From assembly GCF_018350175.1 (NCBI RefSeq), contig NC_058383.1:6448001-6512000 (forward strand): a DNA stretch of 64,000 nucleotides. Reading direction: 5' to 3'. This document shows, piece after piece, positions 14,145 to 28,344 of this stretch; positions within the stretch are counted from its first letter, which is position 1; every line of letters begins with the position of its first letter. This stretch comes from Felis catus (lineage: Eukaryota). Made by a program: the position numbers and the translations under genes. The notes beneath the pieces were generated by a model. It saw only the letters and a program-made list of their open reading frames with translations, was not told the DNA's origin and did no database searches.

Positions 14145-14191
<47 letters not shown>

Positions 14192-17100
14192 CACAATACA
14201 ACCATTTCACAGATGGGAACATTAAGGCACAGAGAAGAGAAGAAACTTGTCCAAGATTATACACCCTGTGAATGGCACAGTCAGGTTCTAACCCAGACAA
14301 CCTAACCGCCACCCCTGTAGTCACACCATCAGGAATGTCCTAGCAAATGGCCTAGTTCAAGAATATATACTGTTCAAGCAAATGCAGAAAAGGGACAGGA
14401 AAAGGACATTGACAGGACAGATGACAAAATGTGAACAGTCTGTTCATAGTATTGTATCAATGTTAATTTTCTGGTTTTCATTGTCGTTACCAAGGTTGCA
14501 TTAACATTTGGAGAAGCTGAATGAAGGACGTGTAGGAATGCTCTGCACTCTTTTGCAAGTTTAAAATTATTAAAAAGTAAAAATTCAAGAGATAGGAGAA
14601 AGAATATATGTTGTCTCTGAGACTCAGCCTAGGGGTGAGAAAGCAGGCTGGGGTCCCCGATGTGAGCCCAGCCTCAACCTCCCAGGAAAAGAGTCTCCCC
14701 AAAGAGGCTGCACACACAATCCACCTGTCTTCTAACACCGACAAATACCCCCCTGTCCGGCTGTCACAGAGCCTGAAATGTCCCTCATGTTTGAGCTTTG
14801 GGGTTAAGCACTGCCCTCTTCCAGAAATTTTTAGAAATCCAGACCCTCCATAGATATTAAGTCACTGACAGTTTTATGAGCTCCCATGTGAGCTCTCCTC
14901 TTCTGTGAGAAGAACCATATGTGGTTCTTGGTAGCCAGGAACGTCACGGAGGGCAGGAGCGGATAACAGAGAATTAAATGCAGAGAGGACAGGTGTCACT
15001 GATTTCACCATTTCCCTGAGGGCCAAGGCTGCCTGGCACCACTGTTTGGGAGGGATTAGCATTTGGGGAGCTAAGTAGCCCTTTCAGACTTCCATCTCCC
15101 CTTCTGTTAGACTCAATGAATTCTAGTCTCTTTCAAGTGCAAATGGCCTTGGCATTCGAAGACCAGACCTTGGAGCAGCTTCACCGTTCCTGGGGGTCTA
15201 TGCCCAGAGTTCTGCTTCCTGGCTGGCCACGCGGGTGTCTGGGGCGCCCCTCCCACCACCCGCAGGCCAACACCTGAGTGGCCCCATTGGGGTCCTATGG
15301 CCTCCTCTAACAACATCCACCGCTCTTCCTTCTAGCCCATGGGCATCTTCTCCATCTTGGAGGAACAGTGTGTCTTCCCCAAGGCCACCGACGCCACCTT
15401 CAAGGCGGCCCTGTATGACAACCACCTGGGAAAGTCCAGCAACTTCCTCAAGCCCAAGGGGGGCAAAGGCAAGGGGCCCGAGGCCCACTTCGAGCTCGTC
15501 CACTATGCAGGCACCGTGAGTACCCTGTTGGCGCCTCCTGCGGCCATCTATCTTCTTGCTGCAGGCGGCTCTGGCTATTGTAGGTCCTTCCTGCCGTGAC
15601 CTTGCTGAGGCTTCCTGCCTCCAGCTGGTGCAGCGGCCATAGAACAGGGTGATCAGCTCAGTGAAATGACCCCTGACTCATACTTCCTCATCACTTCTCC
15701 CTCTGAGAAATCCAAAGCAATCCAGCCAAGGATGCCTGCCAGGGAACCGCCAGCAGTTCACCTGCCAGGGCCACACCATTGTTTGCAGCCCTTGGTTTGA
15801 CAGCTGCACTTAGATCCTGGACAGAATTTACAACACGTGCAAAAAAGGGAAAAAAGTCCACGAGCCTATCAATTATCCCCCAATGGATTAACTTACCCTT
15901 CTGACGGCTCATGGCCACCAAAGCAACAAAACGACATCTCTGGAGTGGCTTTTTCACTCATGACAAACTTAGTCCCTGGGGAAGAGGGAATTAGCTTCTT
16001 ATTTGAATAACTGATAGGGGAGACCACGTTTGTTCAGCCAGCTCTTGAGAATGTGTTTTATTTCCCTGCGATTTGTGGTATTGCTGTAAACGCCCGTGCT
16101 CCCTGTTACCACTGGAGTTTGTTGAGCTTCTGTGGGTTTAACTGCAGGGAAACAGCAGCCTTAGCACAGAGCTGTCAGGAAAGCTGCTCTTGGATCGGGC
16201 ATCGGGGCCAGGATTTTATGACCTCATCAACCATAACAATGCCAATTACTTGCAAAATGAATTATGCCAACAAGTAGAGTAAACAGCAGCTTTGGAGGCC
16301 GACTGCAGTGCTCCGCCTCACCTCCCACGATGAAATGAGAGGGCTCTGTATTGATAGCAATGGAATATTCAAAGTCTAATGGGACCTATGCACCTCCAAG
16401 AAGGCTCTAAAGTAAGGCCCGCAGGTGATGAATGTCTTTATGCTCTACAGGGGAAGGAAAGCCCAAAGGTTTCTGCTTCTTATCTGTTTTCCTCGGTTCC
16501 CTACGCTCAGTGGAAGAATTTGAAATGCACCTTCCTCTTTGCCTCCCCAGCTAGGGCCACGTAGCAAAACAGGAAATAGAAATGAATGGGTGTCCAATTA
16601 ACTAAACACATGGATCCCAGGTGTGGCTGGATGGAGCCCCCCTTCCACCAGGCAATGGCCAAGGGATGTGTGCCCTTGAGCAAGGGGAGACTAGACACCC
16701 TTGTAGGGAGCTCTCCATGTAGCTCAGGATTTCCCTGGTCGAGGCCAGTCAGTTAGAGCAAGGGCTGAGCCTGGAAGAAGATCAACCCACCTGGGTAGAA
16801 AAAGAGCCAGGTCAGGGAGGCTCAGAGTAGCCAGCCGAACCAGACTTGCAAGAGGAGGTCACACCCCGACAGGAAGTAGCTGGGGAGTCCTGTTTTGTGA
16901 GGAAAGCTCGGAGACAGGGTGACCTCAACAGGCAAACTGCAAATGCCCAAGAAAGTAGATAATGGGGCCCCCACCTCTTACTGTGGTTCAGGGACATCCC
17001 AGGACTCCAGGAAAGTCATCAGGTCAAGAGCTGAAGCCCCAGGAGATGGGGTTAGAGGTTGATCTTGGGAACCCAGAGCAGGCAGAACCTGTAGGTAGAG

Positions 17101-20100
17101 GTTCTGGCCGTGGGACCCAAAAGGTGGAGACTAGACCACTGGCGCTTGTCCCTTCCAGGTGGGTTNNNNNNNNNNNNNNNNNNNNNNNNNNNNNNNNNNN
17201 NNNNNNNNNNNNNNNNNNNNNNNNNNNNNNNNNNNNNNNNNNNNNNNNNNNNNNNNNNNNNNNNNNNNNNNNNNNNNNNNNNNNNNNNNNNNNNNNNCCT
17301 TGTTGTGTCCAGTCCCCCTGTGCTGATGCCCTTTAGTGGCCAAAATGGAAACAAGGAAACAAAACTCACCTTATTCAACTCCTGCAAAGTGGATGAATGG
17401 GTGACAAGTTACTTGAGGGAGGCCATGGATGACAGTGCAGTGGAGAGGTGCGCACGCATCCTGCGAGCTTCCGTCAACTGTACTGCCCGCTGGGCCCGTG
17501 TCACCTCTGGGTGGAGCAATACTGCTTTGGAAGAGTGGATGCCCAAATGCGTGTGCTTATTTTCTGCTCCCCGCTCTCCTCTGTCTGAGGCTCAGGCCAA
17601 GCCCAGCCCTGCCTCCTACCCAATCGAGGTCGTGTGGCCCACAGGGAACGGCCTGGATGGGAGCTGCCCAAGGTGGCTGCCACTCAGTGGGGCAAGAGCT
17701 GCAAATTTCCTTGAATTCGTTGACGTTTTCACCACCAACGTGCAATGCCTCCAGATGGTCTGCAGGCTCTTCTTCCTGCCCAGGCAATGGGAACAGTTTG
17801 TCCCTATGTGTAGCCCTAAGTCACAAAGGGCTACACCCTCTCCAGAGAGCATAGCGCTCCTTTTGACCATTAGACCATGGTCATCCCACTCAACCCTTCC
17901 CTGGTAGATGTCCTTTTCCTGGTGTGAGGGCCCCCACCTCACCTAGTCCTAAGAAAAGCCTTTTTAAACCAGAGAATGTGTCTCCTCGACATGGAGCACT
18001 GAATGGGGCTGCCTGTCTCCATGTTGCGTTTTGACATGAAACGTGTGTTTTTCTTCCTCAGCTGGAAGCAAGAAGCAGAAGAGGGGGTCTTCCTTCATGA
18101 CAGTCTCCAACTTCTACAGGGTGAGTAGGGGCTGCCCCAGAGGCCACTGTGCATCCAGTGAACCCTCCTTTCCATTGAACACTCCCTTCTAATGGTGTGG
18201 TGGTCTGGCTGCCACCTCCCAGCCCAGGACAGGACGAGTTCATTTCTACGCCTACAGTTGCCTCTTCCATGTAAGGAGTCTGTTTCCTTCCAAAGGGGTC
18301 ACGGAACCACAGGACCTCAGAGCAGAAAAGACCCTTAGAGATGGTTCAGTCCAACCACATCATTTCGGACTGAAACCCCGGGAGTGGCATCATTGGAGAT
18401 ATCAGTGCCTAAGATCTTGAGCCCCAGAGTTGGCTGGCAGATCCTCTGGGCCGGTCACAACTTCCACAGATTTGGGGCATTACTGGGGATACGTTCCAAA
18501 GTGCAGAAAGGCAGCCAATAGGGAGATGTGGCCCGAAGAAAGATTTCAATATTTGTCAAGGATCTAGCCGCCTGGAAGCAGAGTGGGCTACCTCATTGGA
18601 GGAATCCAAGCAGAGGAGGAGGGAACCACAATAGGGAGGTTAACAACGGGCAGGGCTTCGTCTTCACAGGCACTATGGTTCCTTCTAGTATCGAGACTCT
18701 ATGATGAGCCAGCACTGAATCAAGAAGGGCCCTGCTTATTGAAAACCACGTCACCTTGGGCAAGTCCCTCTGAGATGACAGATGGCCACTGCCCAATATG
18801 CCATCCATGATGGTAGCCACTAGCCACACATGGCTAGTGAGTGCTTGAAAAGAGGCTGGTGCAGCAGAAGAACTCAATTTGAATTTACATTTTAACTTAA
18901 TTAATTGCACTCTAGGGGCACCTGGGTGGCTCAGTCGGTTAAGCATCTGACCTTAGCTCAGGTCATGATCTCACAGTTTGTGGGCTCCAGCCCCGTGTCT
19001 GGCTCTGTGCTGACAGCTTGGGGCCTGGAGCCTTGCTTTGGGTTCTGTGTCCCCCTCTCTCTCTGCCCCTCCCCTGCTCACGCTCTGTCTCTCTCTCAAA
19101 AGTAAATAAACATTAAAAAATTTTTAAAAAGACATGAATTAGTTGAAATCTAAATAAAGACCTGTCCTGAGCATCGGTATCCTGCAACACCAACACTGAG
19201 CTTATTAACTCAGTCTTTCTTCTCCTTTTTCCTCCACCCCCAGGAGCAGTTGAATAAGCTGATGGCCACCCTCCACAGCACGGCTCCCCATTTTGTCCGC
19301 TGCATTGTCCCCAACGAGTTCAAGCAATCAGGTACATCATGGGGACATGTCTCCCTGCTGGAAGTCCTCAGGCTCTGTGAAGTTAGTGTTTGCTTAAACT
19401 ACATACCCTTTCTTGTTTTTAGCATAGTGAACACGTAGAGAGCAGTTTAGTATTTTTGAAACCTTACGTATTGTTTCTCTTCTTTGCCAACCTCTCCTCC
19501 CACCAATTTTTCAAACTTGGGACAGTTTTGACCCAATGAAACAATAACCGTTAATAAAAATAGCTAATGTTTGTTGCACACAAACTGTGAGCCAGGTATA
19601 AATGAAATCCACTTTTTAAAAAATTTGTAATGTTTCTTTATTTTTGAGAGAGAGAGAGAGCGAGAGAGAGACAAAGGATTCGAAGCAGGCTCTGCACTGT
19701 CAATGCAGAGCCCAATGTGGGGCTTGAACTCACTAACCGTGAGATCATGACCTGAGGCGAAGTTGGACACTTAACTGACTGAGCCACCCAGGCGCCCTGA
19801 ATTAAGTTCACTTTTAATCACGAGGGATGACTAGGGCACAAAATGGGGCACTGAAAGGATCCCCCAAAATGGATCCCCCCAAATCATATTCTAGCTGTTT
19901 TGTAAAGCGAAAATCATGTTCTGGCTGGGTGAGAACCAGCTAGAAGTCATACTCAGGAGGGCCTTTGGTCTTGGCTGAATTGTGGGGCCCTGCGTGCAAT
20001 GACGGGAGGAGACTGGGGTTGACAACACAGATGTTCAGTTAGCTTTCTGCAGTGACAAGGAGTGGCCTGTGCCACCCTAGAACACTGACTACATCCTGCA

Positions 20101-23100
20101 CCCTCCCTCTTGGCAGGCGTGGTGGACGCCCACCTGATCATGCACCAGCTGGCTTGCAACGGAGTCCTGGAAGGCATCCGTATTTGCAGGAAGGGCTTCC
20201 CAAACAGGATGCAGTACCCAGAGTTCAAACAGAGGTGAGTGATGTCTTCCTGATAGCCTGAGTACAGTTCTCAGTTTCCAGGGATGGACTGATTGATAAA
20301 TATAGTCCTGTTGTAGCAGATGCTACGGGTACGATGACGGATACCAGCTCACTGTCACTACCTGAATACACCTTGGCCTGACTTTCAACTCAACTGACAG
20401 AACCTGCATTTCTGTGCCTGAGGGCTTTCTCTGGCTCTTGAACCAGCTTTGTTACTTGGCAGGCTGAAAGTCTCAGGAATTAATGCCTTCCCCAGGAGCG
20501 GCCCATAACCAATGACTTACAGACAACTGGCATATCAGCATTTCAATTCCCTCACTCTTCTGGTGGGCTGACTATGAGTGAGGCTCCCAGATAAATGTCT
20601 AACAACAGGTTCTCCAGGTTACGTTTTTAAAAAATAATAAAAAATAAGAAATTAAAAAGCCCTGATTTGTAGTGTCTTTAGATTTCCATGGTGTAAACAC
20701 TCCCGTGGCTGATTTCGAGCCAAGCGATGTGACACCAGTGAATGTGGGGTTGGGGAGAGATTCACCCAATTGGCTCTTGCCGGCCGGTAGGAGTTGGTCT
20801 CAGCACACCACTGTTCCCAGTACCCCCTAGCAACATTAATCCCCAGCTGCCCATTCTGATAACTGACCTGATAACATGCCTCTGATTGACTGCCCTGTCT
20901 CCCTCCCCAACTCTGCCATCCCCCAAGTAAACTATTTGCATGTGGATACCTTGTCCCAGGGTCTGCTTCTGGGGGAACCCAAAGTAACACCTCCACCTTA
21001 GGGATTATTTCCCTTCTACCCCTACCCACTCCCTACATGCTAGAACATAGGACCATAGGTTGATGGACAAGTCATTAGAGGTCATCCTGTCCAAGCCCTC
21101 TAAAGGCTCTAAACAGGGAAGGACTTGTCTAAATCACAAAGGGGGCTGCTTGCAGGCCAGAAAAAGAAGTGCTTCTCCTATGTCTGGAAGAAAAGATCAG
21201 GAAGGAAAATTTTTAGTGTTTTCATTTCTAGGAGCACCAGCCCTTTGAACTCCTGACCCACACAGACATTCACTCCCCAGTGTCTCCTGCCAGTCCCACC
21301 CCAGTGCCTGCCTCAGGCATCTGCAGAACAGGTCTAACCATGATTCCAAGGCCATCACAAAGACCAATGGATGGGTCAACTGCATGGATGTACTTCCTGA
21401 ACTGCCAGCTCGGGCGTGATGGTGGCTGTCATCATCTCTCTCCCGACAGGTACCAAGTGCTGAACCCCAATGTGATTCCTCAGGGGTTTGTAGACAACAA
21501 GAAGGCCTCAGAGCTGCTACTCGGGTCCATTGACCTGGATGTGAATGAATACAAAATTGGGCATACCAAGGTAGGGGCTTCTGGTGGTCCTCCCTCCCTC
21601 CACCACTCAGCCTCGTCCCAAGAAGGTGGGCTTCAGGGTGTGAATTCCAGCTTGGCCGCTGACCAGTTGCCTGCCTTAGGCAAGCCCCACGGCTGCTGAG
21701 AGCCTCAGTTTCCTCCTCTGCAAAAGTAGGGCTGATACAGCTGATCTCATGGGATTCGGGGGTGATTAGTGATAACGTGGGTGAGAACCCAGCTTGGACA
21801 GGTACATAATAAATGGTAGGTTATTTCCTAGTACTGTATGAGCCCCAATCAGAATCAAGGTCCTGGATTTTACTGGGGCATGGAGGTATGTGTGTGGGGG
21901 TGAGGTCTGAGAGCAAAGCACCATAATCCCAGCCCACCCACACCGAAAGCTCCAGCCCTGAGCTGGCAGGTGAGTTGGGGGTGACTCAGAGAGGCTGCCT
22001 GATCTTGACTCACAGGGCCTGGGCTGCCGTGTGTCTGTCCCACTTCCTGGCCCTGCAGAGTCTTGTCGGGACTGTAAGGGCCAGCCAGGCTAATGGTGCA
22101 AGGTGTCCATCTATAGCTGCCCAACCAGACTGCACCCAACATGACAAGCAGGGTGACCCAGGAGAGGTACTAGCTTTACATTCAGCAGCATCAGGCTCAA
22201 AGCCTAGTTCTGTGTAGCCCAGGACAGATCAACTACCTCTCCAAGTCTCATGGATGCCACAGGCAACATGGCTTCCCTACAGGCTTGGCAGAGGACGCGG
22301 ACACTTTGCAAATGCTCATAGAGCACCTCCGTGTGCCAAGCATGGTTCAAGGCTCTAGGAATACACCAGTGAACAGAACAGGAAGAGTCCCTAAGCCCCT
22401 AGAGCTTGCTTCGTGGTAGTGAGCATTAGCAGAATTGTAACGCTGCTCTGGAATCCTCCAGAACTGCGAGCTCTGGCCTCCTTCACAATTGAGAAATGCT
22501 GTGTATAGCTAAATTGACTTACAGGAACACTGCAGGTTTTGTCATAGAGTCGCTGAATATTTGAGTGGGAGAGAACCTCAGAGACCAGTTCTTTTCCCCA
22601 CCCCCACCTTTGAAGGAGAGGAACCTTGAGGAAGCCTGGAGAGGGTCGTGGAGGTGATGTGCCCAATTCCACAATACTAGGCAGAATGGAGCAGGCCCCA
22701 GGCCGCACAACACTGGGTCATGGGAAAGGGGATGGGGCTGCTGTTGCCAACATTTGATGCAGTTACTGGCTGGGCGAATGGACTGCATCTTGCTGTTGTT
22801 CAATGTTGCATTGGGCACCTCAGGTCCAGGTAGAGTCCTGGGGATCCTGGGGATAGCTTCCCAAGCTTCACCCAAGTTTCCAAGATTCAACCGTGTTGGT
22901 TGGTACATGACATTCAGTCATTGTCCCTGCCATATCATGCTTGGGGACAAGGACCAGGCAGGCTCTGGTGGCAGAGGCAGAGCAGAGAACAGGACGATTT
23001 TGCGTGTAAACTGTGTCCCCACACCCAGCCACATGCTCACCTCACTGCTTCTAAAAGGACACAACTCAATGACAATTCATTTTGAGATATCAAGAAACAT

Positions 23101-26100
23101 TTTATGAAATCAAGCCCAATGTCTCTACCCCATCATGGCTAGCTAGCTCTTTGGGTTTTTGTGGGGGAGGAAGGCAGGTGGAGGGAGCATTCTTTTCCAT
23201 TCTTTTCCTGTTGGTATCCATAGCATCCGCATAAAGGATTTAATCAAGAGCTCTGCTCCTGGCCTCAAGGTGTGGAGTTACAGAGTCTTAGAGCTGGGAG
23301 GACTCAGGGTCCTGCACTCCCATTGAACAGGAGGGGAGTTAGAGGCCTCCCAAGAGGGAGTGGCTTGGCTAAGGTCACATAGCACATCCAAGGAGGCTGA
23401 GGCCAGGTACAGGTCTCCTGGCTCCTTCTATCCCTCTAGAAGTTTCTATCATGTCCTATTGGAAGACTATAAAAAGATGTCACATTATGAAACATAACTG
23501 ATAATAAAGTCACCACCCATGGGCCCACTTAAAAATCCAGAATCTCTTCTCATCTCTTTCCTCCCCTTCCTCCCCACCCCCAGGAGTAACCCCTTGCTCC
23601 GAATGCTAACCATCCCCTGCCTTTTAAAAAATAGTTTTGTCACATATGCACATGAAAGTACCACACTCGATATAATCTTCTGTAGCATGCTTCTAACACT
23701 CATTCATATTTCCAAGATTCATCCTTGTTGGTCAGTATAGGACATTCACTCATTGTCACCACCGTATCATGCTGCCTCAGACAGCCACATAACAATTATC
23801 CTTTCTCCTGCCCTTGGAAATTGATGTTTTTTCCCTCTGCAGTTATCAACAAATGCTGCTTTGAGTATCTTTGCACATGATCCCGTGTAGAGGTTTCTCC
23901 AGAACGAAATTCTCAACCTTGGCTATACATTAGAATCACTTTGGGGAGGGATAAAAATACCAATGCCTGAGCCTCACTCCAGAAATTGTTTGAAATCACT
24001 GTGCAGGCATCGGTATCTTTCCAACCCTCTAGGTAGGAGAGATGTGCAGCCGGGGTTGAGATGTACTAACACGGCAGAGGACAGTTGACTGTTTCAGGGT
24101 ATGCAAACAACTAACTTGATGAGGGAATGCCAACCCTTTTTCCAAAACTGTTGTACCAATCTACCCTCCCCTGATCCACAACCATGCCAACACCCGTGCT
24201 CTCGAAAAGTCTTAAAAGTCACAGGTGGAGGGAGGAGTAAATGTTACCTTGCAACCTTAATCTGTATTTGCTGGAAATCTGGTGTTTCCTGATCTAACAC
24301 ACTGCAAAGTTGGGTATTTCCTGATCTTTCTAACCCACTGCAAAGCTTTCTCACACACACCAGAGCTGGGTGCGTGAAACTGTGCAGCACTGGTAAAGCT
24401 CTGTATCCTTCTACAAAGTCAACCTCTCCCCCGCCCAACACCACCCCCTCTTCCCACTCCCAGATCCTGGGAGACCGTGACTGTCTACAGGCCGTTTGCA
24501 TAGCAGTAAAGGAGGCCCCTTGCCACCGTCGTGCTGGGCAGTCACCACAGCAGTGAGGATTATGACGATCTAACACATTTTTTAAAAATGTTTATTTATT
24601 TTGAGAGAGAGGGAGTGTGAGCAGGGCAGGGGCAGAGAGAGAGGGAGAGAGAGACTCCTAAACAGGCTCCGAGCTGTCAGCGCAGAGCCCAACGTGGGGC
24701 TCGATCCCATGAACCCGTGTGATCGAGAGTCAGATGCTTGAGCTGCCAGGTGCCCCAGCCTATCATATTTTACTTACCACTTCACAGTTTACATGAGACT
24801 TTCCCACCCAGTTATCTCTATTTACTCCTTATAGCAGCCCTGTCAGGGAGGGATCAACATCCCCATTTCACAGATGGGGACCTGAGGCCCTGAGATGTGA
24901 GGAGACGCGTCCAAGGTGACCCAGCCGGCGAGTGCAAGGCCAGAGCTGGAACCCATAGGAGGCTGAGAAGAAACAGACACAGAGGCTGGCAGTGGCCCCG
25001 CTATTGGGGACGTCCAGGCCAGGGCCAGCTGTTCCCAAGGGGCCTCAAACACCAGCACCAGACTGGGTCTCTTAACTTTCAAGGCCCTTTCTGAACCTCT
25101 GGGGCTTGCCTCACAAGTGGCCGCCATCGGCGACAGCTGGGCCACGTGCAGAGGAGTGTGCCTTTCCCACAGGTATTCTTCCGAGCGGGCATCCTGGCTA
25201 AGCTTGAGGACATGCGGGACGAGCGTCTAGCCAAGATCATGACAATGCTGCAGTGTCGCCTGCGGGGCTTCCTCATGAGGATCGAGTTCAAGAAGATGCT
25301 GGAGCGAAGGTAGCACTCACAAACACGGGTGGGGCGGGGCCACTGAAGCCAGGCGCATCCACGCAGAATGACCGGGGACCCGGCCACACACCCAGCGGTC
25401 AGCTCCAGTAGCGACTCGGGGCCGTGAGATGAGGGGAGGGCGGCGACATCTCCACTGGCCCAGAGAACCCTGTTTGGGGTCTGTATTCGCTTCCTGTGGC
25501 TGCTGGAACAGAGCAGCACAACCTGGGTGTCTTAAAACAATGGCAATTCTCATAGCTCTGGAGGCCAGGAGTCTGAAATCAAGGAATATTGCAGGCTGCA
25601 CTCCCCCTGAACGCTCTAAAGGAGGATCCTTTCTTGCTTCTTGTAGCCTTGGTGGCCTCAGGCGTTCCTTGGCTTATGGCCACATCAGTCCAGTTTCTGC
25701 CTGTTTTCACAAGACCTTCTCTCTGTCTTTGTCTCCACACGGCCTTCCTTCTTCTTATGTGGACACCTGCCATCTCGGGTCAGGGGTCCACCTTTCTCCA
25801 GTATGACCTCATCTTAACCTAAGTAATGACACCTGCAAAGACCTTATTTCCAAATAAGGTCACATTCACAGGCACTGGGGGTTAAGACTTCAGCAGATCT
25901 TTTGGGAGGGAACACAATTCAACCCGTAAGAGGGACCATCTAATACAGACCCTTCTCTTAAAGCCTACAAGTCACTTTCCCAGACTTCCCCTTATTGGTC
26001 CATGTGATGACACTGTCAGAGGGAGGTGGCAGGGCCGGCACCCCTGCTTCGCAGATGTGGAAACTGAGGTCAGAGGGGTGAAGGAACCAGCCCAGGTCCA

Positions 26101-28287
26101 GGCAGAAAGAGTCAAGACTGGAATCCAGAAGTCCTCACTCCAAATCCTTGCCCTCTGAATTGTGTTTTCCAGCCATCTTTCTTTTTTTTTTTTTAACGTT
26201 TATTTTATTTTTGGGACAGAGAGAGACAGAGCATGAACGGGGGAGGGGCAGAGAGAGAGGGAGACACAGAATCAGAAACAGGCTTCAGGCTTCGAGCCAT
26301 CAGCCCAGAGCCCGACGCGGGGCTCGAACTCACGGAGCGCGAGATCGTGACCTGGCTGAAGTCAGACGCTTAACCGACTGCGCCACCCAGGCGCCCCTCC
26401 AGCCATCTTTCTAAAATGATCATCAGAAAATAACTCAGGCTACCCTGGCTGACCTGTGGTTGACTCTGGTTCCTTGTGGGCATAGTATTAGTAATAATAA
26501 CAGTAATGAGCAAATAACAATAATGAGGTCCTGATATCCACTGCCCCGCCACCCCCTCCCTGGGACCGTGACTGAAGGCAGCGACACAAGTTAGGGGCTG
26601 AGTGTAGGACAGCAGGGCCTTGGCACGCAGGAGGTCCTCAGTAAATGACAGTCCAGTGAAGCTGGAAGGGACAAGGGGGGCGGGTTCCAGAGACTGCAGA
26701 ATGGATAGGACTCAGAGAGTAATGGGTGATTTCCCGTGAGGGAGAGGAAGGAAGGAAATGTAAGAAGAAATGAGTGGTCTGTCTCAGCCTTGTGCTGTCT
26801 GGGTGGAACCGTTCCATCAGGGAGGCCAGGCCCTGACACCTGCACTTTCATCCAGGGAACCCCGGCTTCCTTTTTTTGCAGAATCGGCCTGAAAGTCATC
26901 CAGCGGAACACACGCAAGTTCCTGGAGCTGCGTTTCTGGGGCTGGTGGAAGCTATACAACAAGGTAGGGCTGAGGGGCCAGGCTAGCTGGGCTGCAGCTA
27001 CCAGTTCGTTGTGTGTGTCTGGGCGGGGGGGGGGGGGGGAGTCCTGGGGGGGAGGTGCCTCTTGGGGGTGGGAGGCCACAGGATGCAGCAGGGACAGTCC
27101 ACCAATGAGGGTGCCTGGGAGACAAATGAGGAATCCAGTCCCCTTCCGGTCAGGGGCTAATTCCTCCCTGAGAAAAACCACAGAGGACCTTCCCGCCTCA
27201 TGTCATCCCTCCAAATAACACCCCCTTAGGATGGAAAGCCCCTCAGTACAAAAAGGGGGCTTGGTCATCAGCCCCTCCCCCTGCACATGCTGAGGCATCT
27301 TCAGCTCCTTCAGTGAGGTCCTCAGCTTCAGAGCTGGAGCGAGCTCACGAAATCGTGGGATCGGGCCTATTTCCCAGGTCCTTCCGAGACAGCTGAGAGG
27401 GCAGTGAGTCAGCCCTTAACCAACGCAGCAGGCAGGGAGCCTTCCTCCTGGTGCAGGTGGAATCATACTGGGTGATGGGGTCCCCACCTCGGGCCTCCAT
27501 TCAAAGGGAACGTGCTGCTGGGCACCAGCAGAGGCCGGATGCAGGGCTGCATTCAGGAGTCGGAGGATGGTGGTGTCTCAAGGGACAGCCATGAGGAGGG
27601 TGGATCAGGCTCTAGGTCATCTCTGGTGGCCCTGAGGCCCCCAAGGCTCCTGTGGAAGCTTCCTTCCCCTCCCCATGGGAAAGCGCTTTCTAACACTCAG
27701 TGCTGACCACAGATTCAAAGCAGGGATAGTAAGTTCTGCCTCCCCAAAGGCTCTCCCACACAGGCCAGCCCCCTCGAGGGCCTGAGATCTCAGAGCAGTC
27801 CAGATGAGCATTTCTCAAAGTTCCGTCATTACCAGTCCTTCCCCCACCTGTTCCATGACTGAGCTTTCCTGATGCCAGCTACTTTTTTATTTTGAAATTT
27901 TTATTTTACTTTTTATTTGTATATATTTTAAGTTTGTTTATTTATTTTGAGAGAGACAGACAGAGTTCATTCGAGGGGGGTGCAGAGAGAGAGGGAGACA
28001 GAGAATCCCAAGCAGGTTCCAGACTGCCAGTGCAGAGTCCCATGCGAGTCTTAGACCCAGGAACTGTGAGATCATGACCCGAGCCGAGATCAGGAGTCAG
28101 ACACTTAACCGACTGAGCCATCCAGGCACCCCTAAAAATAAATTTAAAAAATAAGAAATTTAGGGGTGCCTGGGTGGTTCAGTCGGTTAAGTGTCCGACT
28201 CTTGATTTCAGCTCAGGTCATGATCTCACAGTTATAGATCAAGCCTCACATGGGGCTCTGTGCTGACAGTGTGGAGCCTGCTTGGGA

Positions 28288-28344
<57 letters not shown>

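Noticed and set aside
17110-17907. 265-aa ORF spanning an N run
   Set aside because: Length is inflated by N codons and it is not in the myosin frame.
25882-25902. ttaagacttcagcagatcttt resembles miR-499-5p (UUAAGACUUGCAGUGAUGUUU), suggesting an intronic myomiR as in MYH7B
   Set aside because: It lies inside an MLT1-type LTR where a similar motif is part of the repeat (compare 38597-38620), and I see no pre-miRNA hairpin partner arm.
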